A stretch of 64,000 bases of DNA, from IMG/VR virus record IMGVR_UViG_3300021185_001231; one strand, 5' to 3'. This stretch comes from a virus. Positions 8,943 to 17,774 of the stretch are shown here, piece by piece. The notes under the pieces were generated by a model. It ran no database searches. It was not told where the DNA came from and saw nothing but the letters and a program-made list of their open reading frames with translations. Position numbers and translations under genes: made by a program. Positions within the stretch are counted from its first letter, which is position 1. Every line of letters starts with the position of its first letter.

Positions 8943-9059
8943 TTAATCTTTGAACTTGTTATCGATCCAACATTTACCGTAGTACAAAATTCCCAACCAA
9001 ACAGAGAAGAGTATTCCGTCTAGGTAACTGAGTGATTCCCAAACATTTATAGGGTCCAT
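8943..9059 (-). CDS. 38-aa single-TM peptide inside the tRNA cluster
   Basis: AGGA SD; MDPINVWESLSYLDGILFSVWLGILYYGKCWIDNKFKD. Confidence 0.55.
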   Translation of the reverse strand: MDPINVWESLSYLDGILFSVWLGILYYGKCWIDNKFKD

Positions 9060-9074
9060 GATTTTTTCCTATAT

Positions 9075-9151
9075 TGGCGGACTGGACGAGACTCGAACTC
9101 GCGACCTCCGGCGTGACAGGCCGGCATTCTAACCAACTGAACTACCAGTCC
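9075..9151 (-). tRNA. tRNA-Asp(GTC)
   Basis: CCGGC-CTGTCAC-GCCGG; CCA. Confidence 0.95.
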
Positions 9152-9158
9152 TAGTTAA

Positions 9159-9234
<76 letters not shown>

Positions 9235-9245
9235 ATAAATTTGTC

Positions 9246-9341
9246 TGGTGACACAAAACTCTTCTTTGACCTTATACGTTGCACGTGCATAGTCTCCAAG
9301 CCTTCTGACTAACGGTACCAGTTACCGACCTACTTGGTGTC
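9246..9341 (-). ncRNA. candidate CCA-terminated structured RNA (not a canonical tRNA)
   Basis: GACAC...GTGTC-A-CCA acceptor-like stem plus internal helices, between tRNA-Ala and tRNA-Asn. Confidence 0.4.
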
Positions 9342-9422
9342 GTGTTTCTATTTAGGATGATTAATCCCATTCTCATCATAGGAGAAACAAATAACTACTA
9401 GTCCGCAATCATAGGACTCGTT

Positions 9423-9498
9423 TGGTGGAGGTATGCGGGATCGAACCGCAGACCTTCGCCGTGCAAGGGCGACGCTCTCCCAGCTGAGCTATACCCCC
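9423..9498 (-). tRNA. tRNA-Ala(TGC)
   Basis: G3:U70 pair; TCGCC-CTTGCAC-GGCGA; CCA. Confidence 0.95.
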
Positions 9499-9502
9499 AA
9501 AA

Positions 9503-9578
9503 TGGAGCTCGGAACAGGAGTCGAACCTGCGACCTGCTGATTACAAGTCAGCTGCTCTACCAACTGAGCTATCCGAGC
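9503..9578 (-). tRNA. tRNA-Thr(TGT)
   Basis: GCTGA-CTTGTAA-TCAGC; CCA. Confidence 0.95.
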
Positions 9579-9595
9579 TTTAAACTAAGGTGTGT

Positions 9596-9624
9596 ATTAT
9601 AACACAATAAAAAATATTTGTCAA
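9596..9624 (-). promoter_or_regulatory. sigma70-type promoter for the tRNA cluster
   Basis: TTGACA-N17-TATAAT with extended TG. Confidence 0.85.
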
Positions 9625-9627
9625 ATA

Positions 9628-10986
9628 TTATTTTTTATAATTTTCTAAAAAATATTTCAAATCTTCTGGAGTTCCCAATCCCCACATTTTGGAAGCATTA
9701 TGTGTATATATTTTTTTACAATCTTCGATCGCCTGATTAAAAACTGGACACACATAAAACTCATTATTTACTCTAATATTTTTTTCTATCATTTGTTCAG
9801 CATATTTAACAAAATCACTACCACTCTTCCAATAGTAATAACCGACTGTAGCAAGATTACTTATAGGATTTTTTTCCGCAACTTCTGTTACAAGACCAAA
9901 GTTATCTATTTTGGCAAAAGACCATTTTGGATGAGTAGCCTCAAATGTGACAATACCACCGTCAGCATTCTTTTCGTTCATTGAATACATAAACTCCATA
10001 ACTTCCCATTCAACATACTGATCAGAATTGGCAAAGAATAGTGGATTTTCATTGTTTATATATTCTTTTGCTAAAAGTGCGGTACATGCCGCTCCCTCAG
10101 TCATCTTATCCACCTCAATAATTTTGCATTTTGGGGATATTAGTCCTAACATAGTATCTAGGTTATAATCTTCTCTGTGTTCTTTTTGTACTACAAATAT
10201 ATAATTAGCATCTAATCCCAGATTTTCAACAACATTCTGGATCATAGGTTTACCATTCACATCTATCAGTGGTTTAGGAAAAGTGTAACCCGCCTCTTTA
10301 AAACGACTACCAGCTCCAGCCATTGGTATAAGAACATTCAATTTATCATTTTTCCACTTTTTTATCATAGGTGCACCCTCAATTTTTGGGATTATATTAT
10401 GTATATTTGTATTATAAGGATTGTCCACTCGTATATAATTAGCGCGAGATCTTTGTGCGGACAGTAATCCAGCTGGACTATCTTCAACGATTATAGTTTC
10501 TTCCGGCAAAACCCCCATCATAGACATAGCCTTCCAATATATCTCTGGGTGAGGTTTAGCATTTTTGACATCTTCATTGGAAAGAATTACCGAACAATGT
10601 TGTATTATTTTTGCTTGTGAAAGCGAAGTTAAAACCGTTCTTCTTATTGAATTTGAACATACTCCAATTTTATATCCGAGTTTTTCTAACTCTAAAAATA
10701 ACTCACATATTTCTTCTATTGGTTTTTGTTCGGATAACATTTCTCTAGTAAGTTTTTGTTTATTTTCACTTATTTGTGAATGTAGTTTCGGATCTAAACC
10801 CTTACGTTCCGTTAACATATTTAATTTTTGTATAGTTTTTAATCCATCATAAATTGAAAGATGTTCCTTTTCGGTTATAGAATATTTTTCACCTAAAGCT
10901 TTGTTTAAAGCCTTATAATGTATATTTTTAGCATCTACTAATACTCCATCTAAATCAAAGAGAATTAATTTTATAGGACGATTCAT
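9628..10986 (-). CDS. HAD phosphatase fused to a sugar-phosphate nucleotidyltransferase
   Basis: N-term FDLDGVL...KPHPE...VEDS; C-term PMAGAGSRF...PKPLI...LGTPEDL. Confidence 0.88.
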   Translation of the reverse strand: MNRPIKLILFDLDGVLVDAKNIHYKALNKALGEKYSITEKEHLSIYDGLKTIQKLNMLTERKGLDPKLHSQISENKQKLTREMLSEQKPIEEICELFLELEKLGYKIGVCSNSIRRTVLTSLSQAKIIQHCSVILSNEDVKNAKPHPEIYWKAMSMMGVLPEETIIVEDSPAGLLSAQRSRANYIRVDNPYNTNIHNIIPKIEGAPMIKKWKNDKLNVLIPMAGAGSRFKEAGYTFPKPLIDVNGKPMIQNVVENLGLDANYIFVVQKEHREDYNLDTMLGLISPKCKIIEVDKMTEGAACTALLAKEYINNENPLFFANSDQYVEWEVMEFMYSMNEKNADGGIVTFEATHPKWSFAKIDNFGLVTEVAEKNPISNLATVGYYYWKSGSDFVKYAEQMIEKNIRVNNEFYVCPVFNQAIEDCKKIYTHNASKMWGLGTPEDLKYFLENYKK

Positions 10987-11849
10987 AACATATTAACTCT
11001 ATTTAATATGTCATAACTTCTTTTACTCGTATCTATATTTCTATATATTGAAACAAGTCCATCTATATTAATATGTTTTCTTTTTCTACATAAAATTTGA
11101 TGCCAACCATATTCAGCTCCATACAAATTTTCTTTCACATAGTGATCCATTATGTCAAAATCTATTATGTCATCCTTTTTAAATACTATACAAAAATCTT
11201 TTAAGTAGTTGTTCCATTTGCATGGAGAATAATCATTATTAGATCCGACTTCATCTATGATACAATAGATGCCCCCATCTACCTGTTTTTTTACGGATTC
11301 TCTTCTAGACCTAACTCGAAGGTAATTATCATTTTGATTACGAACCGTTTTTCCCAAAACACTACTATGATTAGGTATAGTAGCTATCCCTATGACATTA
11401 TCTTTAGCTAATTCTAAAATATCGGAAAGAGGAAATTCATTATTAAAATAAGCATCCCACCTAGTTCTTATATAAAAATCATAATCTTTAGGAATAGAAT
11501 TGAACTGTTCCAATAGAGATATGTGTTGAAAACAACCGTGAGCTCTCATAAGTTTTCCGGACTCTGAAGAGTTCTTTATTCTATTAATTCCGGAAAAATC
11601 TTTTTTAGGAAGATTTTCTACAGCCTTAAGATAAGGATCGTAACTAGCTAAAGGAGGTTTAGGTACCCACTTTATATCAACAATATTCCTTATATCCTTA
11701 AATATATGTCGATCTTCATCATTATCCCAAGTTTGATAAAATATATCACAACCGGAAAATATTTTTTGAAGAGAACTTAAATTTTCTTTAAGTATTTCTC
11801 GTCTCAAATATGGATGAAAATTTCCATTTATAAGTACAGCAATTTTCAC
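10983..11849 (-). CDS. putative glycosyltransferase-like/polysaccharide biosynthesis protein
   Basis: MKIAVLING...YD...RTRWD pattern seen in capsule-cluster proteins; coupled to the NTP transferase. Confidence 0.45.
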   Translation of the reverse strand: MKIAVLINGNFHPYLRREILKENLSSLQKIFSGCDIFYQTWDNDEDRHIFKDIRNIVDIKWVPKPPLASYDPYLKAVENLPKKDFSGINRIKNSSESGKLMRAHGCFQHISLLEQFNSIPKDYDFYIRTRWDAYFNNEFPLSDILELAKDNVIGIATIPNHSSVLGKTVRNQNDNYLRVRSRRESVKKQVDGGIYCIIDEVGSNNDYSPCKWNNYLKDFCIVFKKDDIIDFDIMDHYVKENLYGAEYGWHQILCRKRKHINIDGLVSIYRNIDTSKRSYDILNRVNML

Positions 11850-12043
11850 TAATCTTCAACAACTTCAGCCACTAAGGGTGCCTTACGACGAACCAGTTCA
11901 TTTCTAGCTTTTTGTTTTTTCTTGCCTGTAGCGTTGTCTTTGGCAATAACCTCTTGTAGTTCTTCGGTAGAAACAGTGTGTATATAATACCGAGTAATGT
12001 TTCTTTTCCTATCCTTTGCATCGGGTTTCCATTTGATTGGCAT
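11849..12043 (-). CDS. small basic hypothetical protein
   Basis: ORF with SD in operon. Confidence 0.65.
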   Translation of the reverse strand: MPIKWKPDAKDRKRNITRYYIHTVSTEELQEVIAKDNATGKKKQKARNELVRRKAPLVAEVVED

Positions 12044-12053
12044 AATAAATTTC

Positions 12054-12482
12054 CTATTTTTTCATGTTAACAGATAGGTGTTTGGAATGTACCTTACACC
12101 CAATAAACTCATTGTAGAAGTCCGAAGACTCAAGTACTTCGTATTGAAATTGATACTTTGCTTCATAGTAAGAACAGTCTCCTTTAGATTTGCATAATCT
12201 AAGTATCTCCCTACTAAAAGCTTCGTTACCCTTTTTTTCAACTAAAGCTTTAACATTCTCACTAGATCCATAGTAATCCATCCAATCAGACTGAACTTTA
12301 GTTTTAACTCTTCTCTTTCTCTTTTTGGTGACGGGTAAAGTCTTAGGTTTCCAAAATAACTTCTTACCGATATATTTTTTACCACTATCCTTTTCGGTCA
12401 CCATATAAACAAACCCAACATAAGTTTTAAGGAACTCATCGTCGGGTTTAAATTCTTTATCTTCATATATCCACATAACCAT
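12054..12482 (-). CDS. GIY-YIG endonuclease (Seg-like)
   Basis: GFVY...KYIGKK...YYGSS...E...YN motifs. Confidence 0.85.
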   Translation of the reverse strand: MVMWIYEDKEFKPDDEFLKTYVGFVYMVTEKDSGKKYIGKKLFWKPKTLPVTKKRKRRVKTKVQSDWMDYYGSSENVKALVEKKGNEAFSREILRLCKSKGDCSYYEAKYQFQYEVLESSDFYNEFIGCKVHSKHLSVNMKK

Positions 12483-12500
12483 TATATATGCCTATACTAA

Positions 12501-12641
12501 CTACTCGTGATCTTCCACCTCTTCGGCATCGATATCGGAACCACACATAGGACAGAAACGAGGGACTTCATCCTCATCTATTTCATACTTTATCTTTACA
12601 ACGGTAAAGATATCGCATATCGGGCATTCTATTTCCCACAT
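12501..12641 (-). CDS. 46-aa zinc-ribbon/rubredoxin-like protein (not in ORF track)
   Basis: MWEIECPICD...RFCPMCGSD; coupled to the nrdB stop (TAATG). Confidence 0.7.
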   Translation of the reverse strand: MWEIECPICDIFTVVKIKYEIDEDEVPRFCPMCGSDIDAEEVEDHE

Positions 12642-13642
12642 TACGCTAAACAACCTTTACCATCTAAACCACAAACAGGGCTTTCTTCTTCCTCTTCCCA
12701 TCCCCATTCTCCATCCATACCATTTACAGAATACTCCGTCACTCTTTTTTCAAAGAAGTTATCATGCGAGGCACCATTAAGGACCCAGTCTAACCAAGTC
12801 AATGGGTTATCCTTAACTCCAAACTTCGGTTTCATTCCAAGTTGAAGGAGCCTACGATCAGCGATGTGACGGATGTATTGTTTAACATCGGTTTCATCTA
12901 AACCTTCAATAGTACCCGACTTATATGCAAGTTTGATAAATCGGTCTTCTAACCTAACAGCATTCTTGGCCATCTCATATATCTTGGACTTCAACTCATC
13001 GTTCACGATACGTGGATGCTCTTCACAGAACTCACGGAATAGTTTCGCATTACCCTGTACGTGCATAGTCTCATCACGTATAGACCACTCCACAATTGTC
13101 CCCATACCCTTCATCTTACCGAAACGTTGAAAATTCAATAACATCACGAATGATGCGAACAATGACATACCCTCGTTGAATACGGATTGTGCTAGAACAA
13201 GAGCCAACCCAGTATGAGAGTTTATATTCCCCTCTTTCATGAAGTCTAACTTATCGGCCATTTCACTATATTCTAGGAATGCGTGATGTTCTTCGTCCGG
13301 TAAACCCAGAGTGTCATTTAACAATGCGTAAGCGCGTTGATGAACACCTTCACGATTAGCAAAAGAAGATAACATATTTCTTATTTCATTATTCTTGAAT
13401 TTAGGTATAAGAAGTTCATGATAGTTTTCTCCTACCTGAACATCAGACTGCGTGAAAAGTCTCAATATCTGAGTTATAAATTCTTTCTCTTGTTCAGAAA
13501 GTTTAGTCTTCCAATCCTGAATATCTTCAGAAAGTTCGGCTTCATCCTCTACCCAATGAATCTCTTCGTGTTTTTTTACCATATCTACCGCCCAAGGATA
13601 GACGAAAGGTTTGTATGATTTACTAAATTCTAATAGTGACAT
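12641..13642 (-). CDS. nrdB: class Ia ribonucleotide reductase beta subunit
   Basis: W-x-x-x-E, EGVHQRAY, EGMSLF, RDETMH diiron ligands; FFEKRVTEY. Confidence 0.97.
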   Translation of the reverse strand: MSLLEFSKSYKPFVYPWAVDMVKKHEEIHWVEDEAELSEDIQDWKTKLSEQEKEFITQILRLFTQSDVQVGENYHELLIPKFKNNEIRNMLSSFANREGVHQRAYALLNDTLGLPDEEHHAFLEYSEMADKLDFMKEGNINSHTGLALVLAQSVFNEGMSLFASFVMLLNFQRFGKMKGMGTIVEWSIRDETMHVQGNAKLFREFCEEHPRIVNDELKSKIYEMAKNAVRLEDRFIKLAYKSGTIEGLDETDVKQYIRHIADRRLLQLGMKPKFGVKDNPLTWLDWVLNGASHDNFFEKRVTEYSVNGMDGEWGWEEEEESPVCGLDGKGCLA

Positions 13643-13645
13643 TTT

Positions 13646-15634
13646 TTATCCCTCACAAGCTCTACATTCTTCGGATTCTTCTTGTACCGGATTGTCCAAG
13701 AACTTCATTAAATCTTCATACCCACCAACATATTTTCCTGAGATATATATTTGAGGTACACTTTTTACTTTTCGGCCAGTAACTTCTGCTGCACTTTTGC
13801 CGACTTCTTTTAGGTTTATATAGTCGTAGTCTATGCCTCGAAGTTTAAGTTCATCTTTCGCCAACTGACAGAAAGGACAATTGGGGATGCCGTAAACTAG
13901 AGTTCTTGTATCTTCTCCTAAAGCAACACGTTCTACCTTTTCAGAAACATTTTCCGCACGACTCTTCGCCTCAGTTCTAAGGTAATAAAGACCTTTTAAA
14001 CCTATCTTCCAAGCCATCAAGTGAACTTTATTGACATAGGCTTTATCCGCACCAGAAGGGAAAAATACATTTACAGACTGTCCTTGACAAATATATTTCT
14101 GTCGGTCACCAGCGTGTTGTATAACCCAAGTTTGATCCAATTCTTGAGCAGTTTTAAAAACTGATTTTTCACCCTCAGTAAGGAAAGGTAATTGTTGAAC
14201 CGATCCCTTATTGGTTATAATTGATGTCCAGTTCGACTCGTTATTCTCTCCCTTCTCCTCTAATAGTTTAGTGAGATAGTTATTCTTAACTAAAAAAGAA
14301 CCAGCACGAGTTCTATGAGTATATGCATTTGCTTTAGAAGGTTCTATTGAAGGACTTGTACTCAAAATAACACCAGAAGATGCGTTAGGGGCAATAGCCA
14401 TCAAGTGAGCGTTTCTACGACCACTACCCACACCATCGGGGTACTCCCCTCTAAGTTCTGCAAGTAGTTTAGTTTCTGATACAGCTTCAGAGTTGATATG
14501 GTTAAATACTGTATTGTTTATACTTCTGGCAGTCTCAGATTCCCACGCAACTCCGTGTTTCTGTAATAAGGAATGAAAACCCATTGCACCAAGACCTATA
14601 GATCTTTCCCTATATGCAGAGAATCTCGCTCTTTTAATACTATCTGGTGCATTCTGAATAAAATGTTCTAAAACATTATCCAACATACGAATCAAATCTC
14701 TAACGATATTCGTATCTTTCCATTCCTCATAGTACTCAAGGTTAAGAGAAGACAAACAACAAACCGCAGTACGATCTTTGTCCGTAGGTAAATGTATTTC
14801 ATTACATAGATTGCTGCCTCGGATTTTTAAACCTAGATCTTTTAGTGGTTGAGGAAGATCTCTATTCGCAGTATCTATGAAATTAAGATAAGGTTCACCT
14901 GTACGGAATCTTGTTTCTAAAATACGTTCCCATAGCTTACGAGCGTTGACAGTATCTTTTATAGTATTTCCTTTAGGACAAACTAGATGAAAGTTTCTAT
15001 TATTTTTTACGGCTTCCATAAAATCGTCACTGATATTAATAGCATTATGAAGATTTAACGCTTTACGTTGAACATCTCCAGTAGGTATACGCATATTAAG
15101 GAATTCTATTATTTCTGGATGGGAGACATCCATGTATGCCGCATAAGAACCCTTTCGAGTCTTACCTTGTCGATATGCAATCATATCAGCATCTACAGTA
15201 TGTAAAAAGGGCATAGGGCCGGGAGCTATATCGGAGACGGATCTGACATCAGACCAATGACCCCCTACTCCACCACCCATAATAGACAACCATCTAAGTT
15301 CGGAAGAGTGTTCTATAAGTCCCTCAACTGTATCAGGAACATAGGTAAGAAAACAAGATATCGGAAGACCCTTGTTTTTCTTTTTTGTTCTGGAATTGGG
15401 GGCATTAGATAATACTGGAGAGGCAAACATGAACCACTTCTGACTCACGTACTCATAAAGTCTCTGTGCGAGACCTTCGTCGAGTTCTCCATTATAGGTT
15501 GACCAAGCAGTGGCGGCACGGGCATATGCGTTTTGAGGACTTATTTCTCCCTCTTGCATATAGAAGTCTTGTAACATTGATAGAGCATAGTCTGTAAGTA
15601 ATTCATCTCTTTTTTTATTAATTCTTACAGACAT
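13646..15634 (-). CDS. nrdA: class Ia ribonucleotide reductase alpha subunit with inserted glutaredoxin domain
   Basis: ISCF, SNLCNEI, APNASS, GLYYLR; Grx CPFC...VPQI...GG; terminal CRAC. Confidence 0.97.
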   Translation of the reverse strand: MSVRINKKRDELLTDYALSMLQDFYMQEGEISPQNAYARAATAWSTYNGELDEGLAQRLYEYVSQKWFMFASPVLSNAPNSRTKKKNKGLPISCFLTYVPDTVEGLIEHSSELRWLSIMGGGVGGHWSDVRSVSDIAPGPMPFLHTVDADMIAYRQGKTRKGSYAAYMDVSHPEIIEFLNMRIPTGDVQRKALNLHNAINISDDFMEAVKNNRNFHLVCPKGNTIKDTVNARKLWERILETRFRTGEPYLNFIDTANRDLPQPLKDLGLKIRGSNLCNEIHLPTDKDRTAVCCLSSLNLEYYEEWKDTNIVRDLIRMLDNVLEHFIQNAPDSIKRARFSAYRERSIGLGAMGFHSLLQKHGVAWESETARSINNTVFNHINSEAVSETKLLAELRGEYPDGVGSGRRNAHLMAIAPNASSGVILSTSPSIEPSKANAYTHRTRAGSFLVKNNYLTKLLEEKGENNESNWTSIITNKGSVQQLPFLTEGEKSVFKTAQELDQTWVIQHAGDRQKYICQGQSVNVFFPSGADKAYVNKVHLMAWKIGLKGLYYLRTEAKSRAENVSEKVERVALGEDTRTLVYGIPNCPFCQLAKDELKLRGIDYDYINLKEVGKSAAEVTGRKVKSVPQIYISGKYVGGYEDLMKFLDNPVQEESEECRACEG

Positions 15635-15979
15635 TCAAATAGACTCCGAATTTAAATCATTAAAGGTAAGTCTCTTTCCTTCATTGATAAAAGATTTAAT
15701 TGTGTCTAATATATATGAATTTTCTTTACTATAACTAGAGAAATTTTTAGATATTATGTGACTTCTTAGGGATAACTTGGGGTCAGATAATAAGAATCTG
15801 TTTAGAGGGAGATCGTGATTTTCTTCCATAGGATCAAGGTTTACCAAGACAACCTCATTATGTTTTCCATAGTGTGCTTGGACAACGCCTTTGGCTCCAC
15901 CTATTGCGGATTCATCAAAGAAGACTACCGCCTTGTCTTCAATGTTCATAACAACGACTTTCATTTTGATAATTGACAT
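15635..15979 (-). CDS. hypothetical protein
   Basis: ORF between the promoter and nrdA. Confidence 0.6.
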   Translation of the reverse strand: MSIIKMKVVVMNIEDKAVVFFDESAIGGAKGVVQAHYGKHNEVVLVNLDPMEENHDLPLNRFLLSDPKLSLRSHIISKNFSSYSKENSYILDTIKSFINEGKRLTFNDLNSESI

Positions 15980-16005
15980 TTCAATCCTCGCATAATTTAG
16001 TATGT

Positions 16006-16034
16006 ATTATATCACAAAAGACAAAGAATGTAAA
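16006..16034 (-). promoter_or_regulatory. sigma70-type promoter for the nrd operon
   Basis: TTTACA-N17-TATAAT with extended TG. Confidence 0.75.
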
Positions 16035-16037
16035 GAA

Positions 16038-16229
16038 CTAAATTGAAGGATTTTCTCTTCTGTCAATCATTCTTTGTAATATTGGTGGTACATCTTTTCT
16101 TTTCTTTTTTCTGTCGTATTTTTTTCTAACGACAACTGTAGAACTATCATCTCCAGTTCCTACAACCGAAGTTGTAGATGTTGAGGCTGTTTCCTCAAAA
16201 TTATCTTTCCACTGTTTAAATGTTCTCAT
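16038..16229 (-). CDS. small basic protein with CTS-like N-terminus
   Basis: MRTFKQWKDNFEE. Confidence 0.6.
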   Translation of the reverse strand: MRTFKQWKDNFEETASTSTTSVVGTGDDSSTVVVRKKYDRKKKRKDVPPILQRMIDRRENPSI

Positions 16230-16813
16230 TAATCTCTCTCCAATAAAATCATGTGATTTTGTCTGTCTGTTGCTGGATATATATACTCTTTCAATTTATG
16301 ATACGGAAAATCTAGTTTTGTAAGATAATGATCGACCAAATCTCTTGGATATATGTTATCTATTTCTGACATACATCGCACATAATCATCTACTAATATG
16401 TATTTTATATTTGCATTATTACACAGATTCAAATCTCTAGACATTGAATCTGTTCTATGGTCACCATCAATAAAAACCATATCATAATGTTCTATCTCAT
16501 GAGGTTCTATAGAGTGAGAATTTCTATGAGAAAAAGTAAATCTCTCTCCGAACATATTCTTAAGTTTTTCTGCATTTACAAGAGTATGATCATACTGACC
16601 GATATCCACCGAATGTAAATTCAGTTCTTTCATTATACTCATAAAAGTATAAGAACTATGTCCATAATTAAAACCAATCTCAAATAAATTATTGCAGTTA
16701 GTTTCTTTTAGTATTGCAGAAAATATAAGACATGTTACCTCACTAGGAACAACATGACCCTCTCTTTTGGGCCAACCTTCAGTGAGAAACTCGCAGTCTT
16801 CGACGAGATTCAT
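16229..16813 (-). CDS. class I SAM-dependent methyltransferase (Methyltransf_24-like)
   Basis: FEIGFNYGHS, SVDI, FIDGDH, VDDY. Confidence 0.85.
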   Translation of the reverse strand: MNLVEDCEFLTEGWPKREGHVVPSEVTCLIFSAILKETNCNNLFEIGFNYGHSSYTFMSIMKELNLHSVDIGQYDHTLVNAEKLKNMFGERFTFSHRNSHSIEPHEIEHYDMVFIDGDHRTDSMSRDLNLCNNANIKYILVDDYVRCMSEIDNIYPRDLVDHYLTKLDFPYHKLKEYIYPATDRQNHMILLERD

Positions 16814-17409
16814 TTTTTTAGTTCACCTGTGGTTACATACATGGGTTGTTGAGATTTTAGGTGTATTGCTTCATATATGTTTATACCAAAAATCTCGCCG
16901 CATGGATGAGAATTATCTTCTGTTATTCTTATCTGGTCATTAGAAGAAACTACCTCAACAAAGTTAGAGGTCACAGTCTCTTCCTTTATTCTATAGACGC
17001 CAGGTGAAACTTGTTTGTTTTCTAACATAAACCATTCAGATTGTTCTTGTAGAATATCTAATATATCTATTCCAGTATCTTTATGAATCTTGGTTATTCC
17101 CTTGTCGTTTAACTCTCCGTGTTCCTTAATCAAATATAGTGCAGCTGCATATGATGCAAGACGACTACTGCCGCCCGGAGCTTTCGCCATAAGTTTCTTT
17201 ATATTGAAAACAAGTCTATGAAACGGAGTATAATAATTACGGTAAGCTTCGCGTTCGTCCATAGTATTCATACTATAATCTTTGCGTTTTTTACCATCTC
17301 TATCGATAATGCCCGCTTTAAAAGTTTCGGTTTCTTCTATGGGTGTGACCAATAGTTTTAAAAATCTTACCGTATAAACTAAGTCTGCTGCTGATTTTAA
17401 TAGTCCCAT
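16810..17409 (-). CDS. conserved marine T4-like hypothetical protein
   Basis: D..Y..RFLKLL...AYT.FHRLVFN.K pattern. Confidence 0.7.
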   Translation of the reverse strand: MGLLKSAADLVYTVRFLKLLVTPIEETETFKAGIIDRDGKKRKDYSMNTMDEREAYRNYYTPFHRLVFNIKKLMAKAPGGSSRLASYAAALYLIKEHGELNDKGITKIHKDTGIDILDILQEQSEWFMLENKQVSPGVYRIKEETVTSNFVEVVSSNDQIRITEDNSHPCGEIFGINIYEAIHLKSQQPMYVTTGELKK

Positions 17410-17774
17410 TATCTCATATCTCTTAATGTCTTTATTACGTTTTTGTCCATACTAATACCAGTAAGATCATCATTAGTTATCGCCTTTAAAAATATAAGAA
17501 AAGGTTTCAACGCGTTCCATTGTTCAATACCTTCTATTTTTAATGCTAACATCTCTACTCCAGCTTCATTCCCGAAGACATTAAAAATCACGATGAGATG
17601 ATTTAATATAAGTCTTTCTGACAATTCATTAGAAGATACGTATTTATTTAATAATCTTTTTACGTACTTGAATCTTTTTAAATCAGAAAAGAATTCTTCA
17701 CTGTCTATACATGTCGGATTATAATAATGTTGTGCTGCATATAATATTAAATTTTTACTTGTTAATTCCATCAT
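17409..17774 (-). CDS. conserved T4-like hypothetical protein
   Basis: Y.NP.C...EF..DL.RFKY.KRL...RLILNH. Confidence 0.75.
   Translation of the reverse strand: MMELTSKNLILYAAQHYYNPTCIDSEEFFSDLKRFKYVKRLLNKYVSSNELSERLILNHLIVIFNVFGNEAGVEMLALKIEGIEQWNALKPFLIFLKAITNDDLTGISMDKNVIKTLRDMR

Noticed and set aside
9345-9395. Hammerhead ribozyme (TGATGAG...GAAAC)
   Set aside because: The core lacks the exact CUGAnGA, and stems I-III could not be built convincingly
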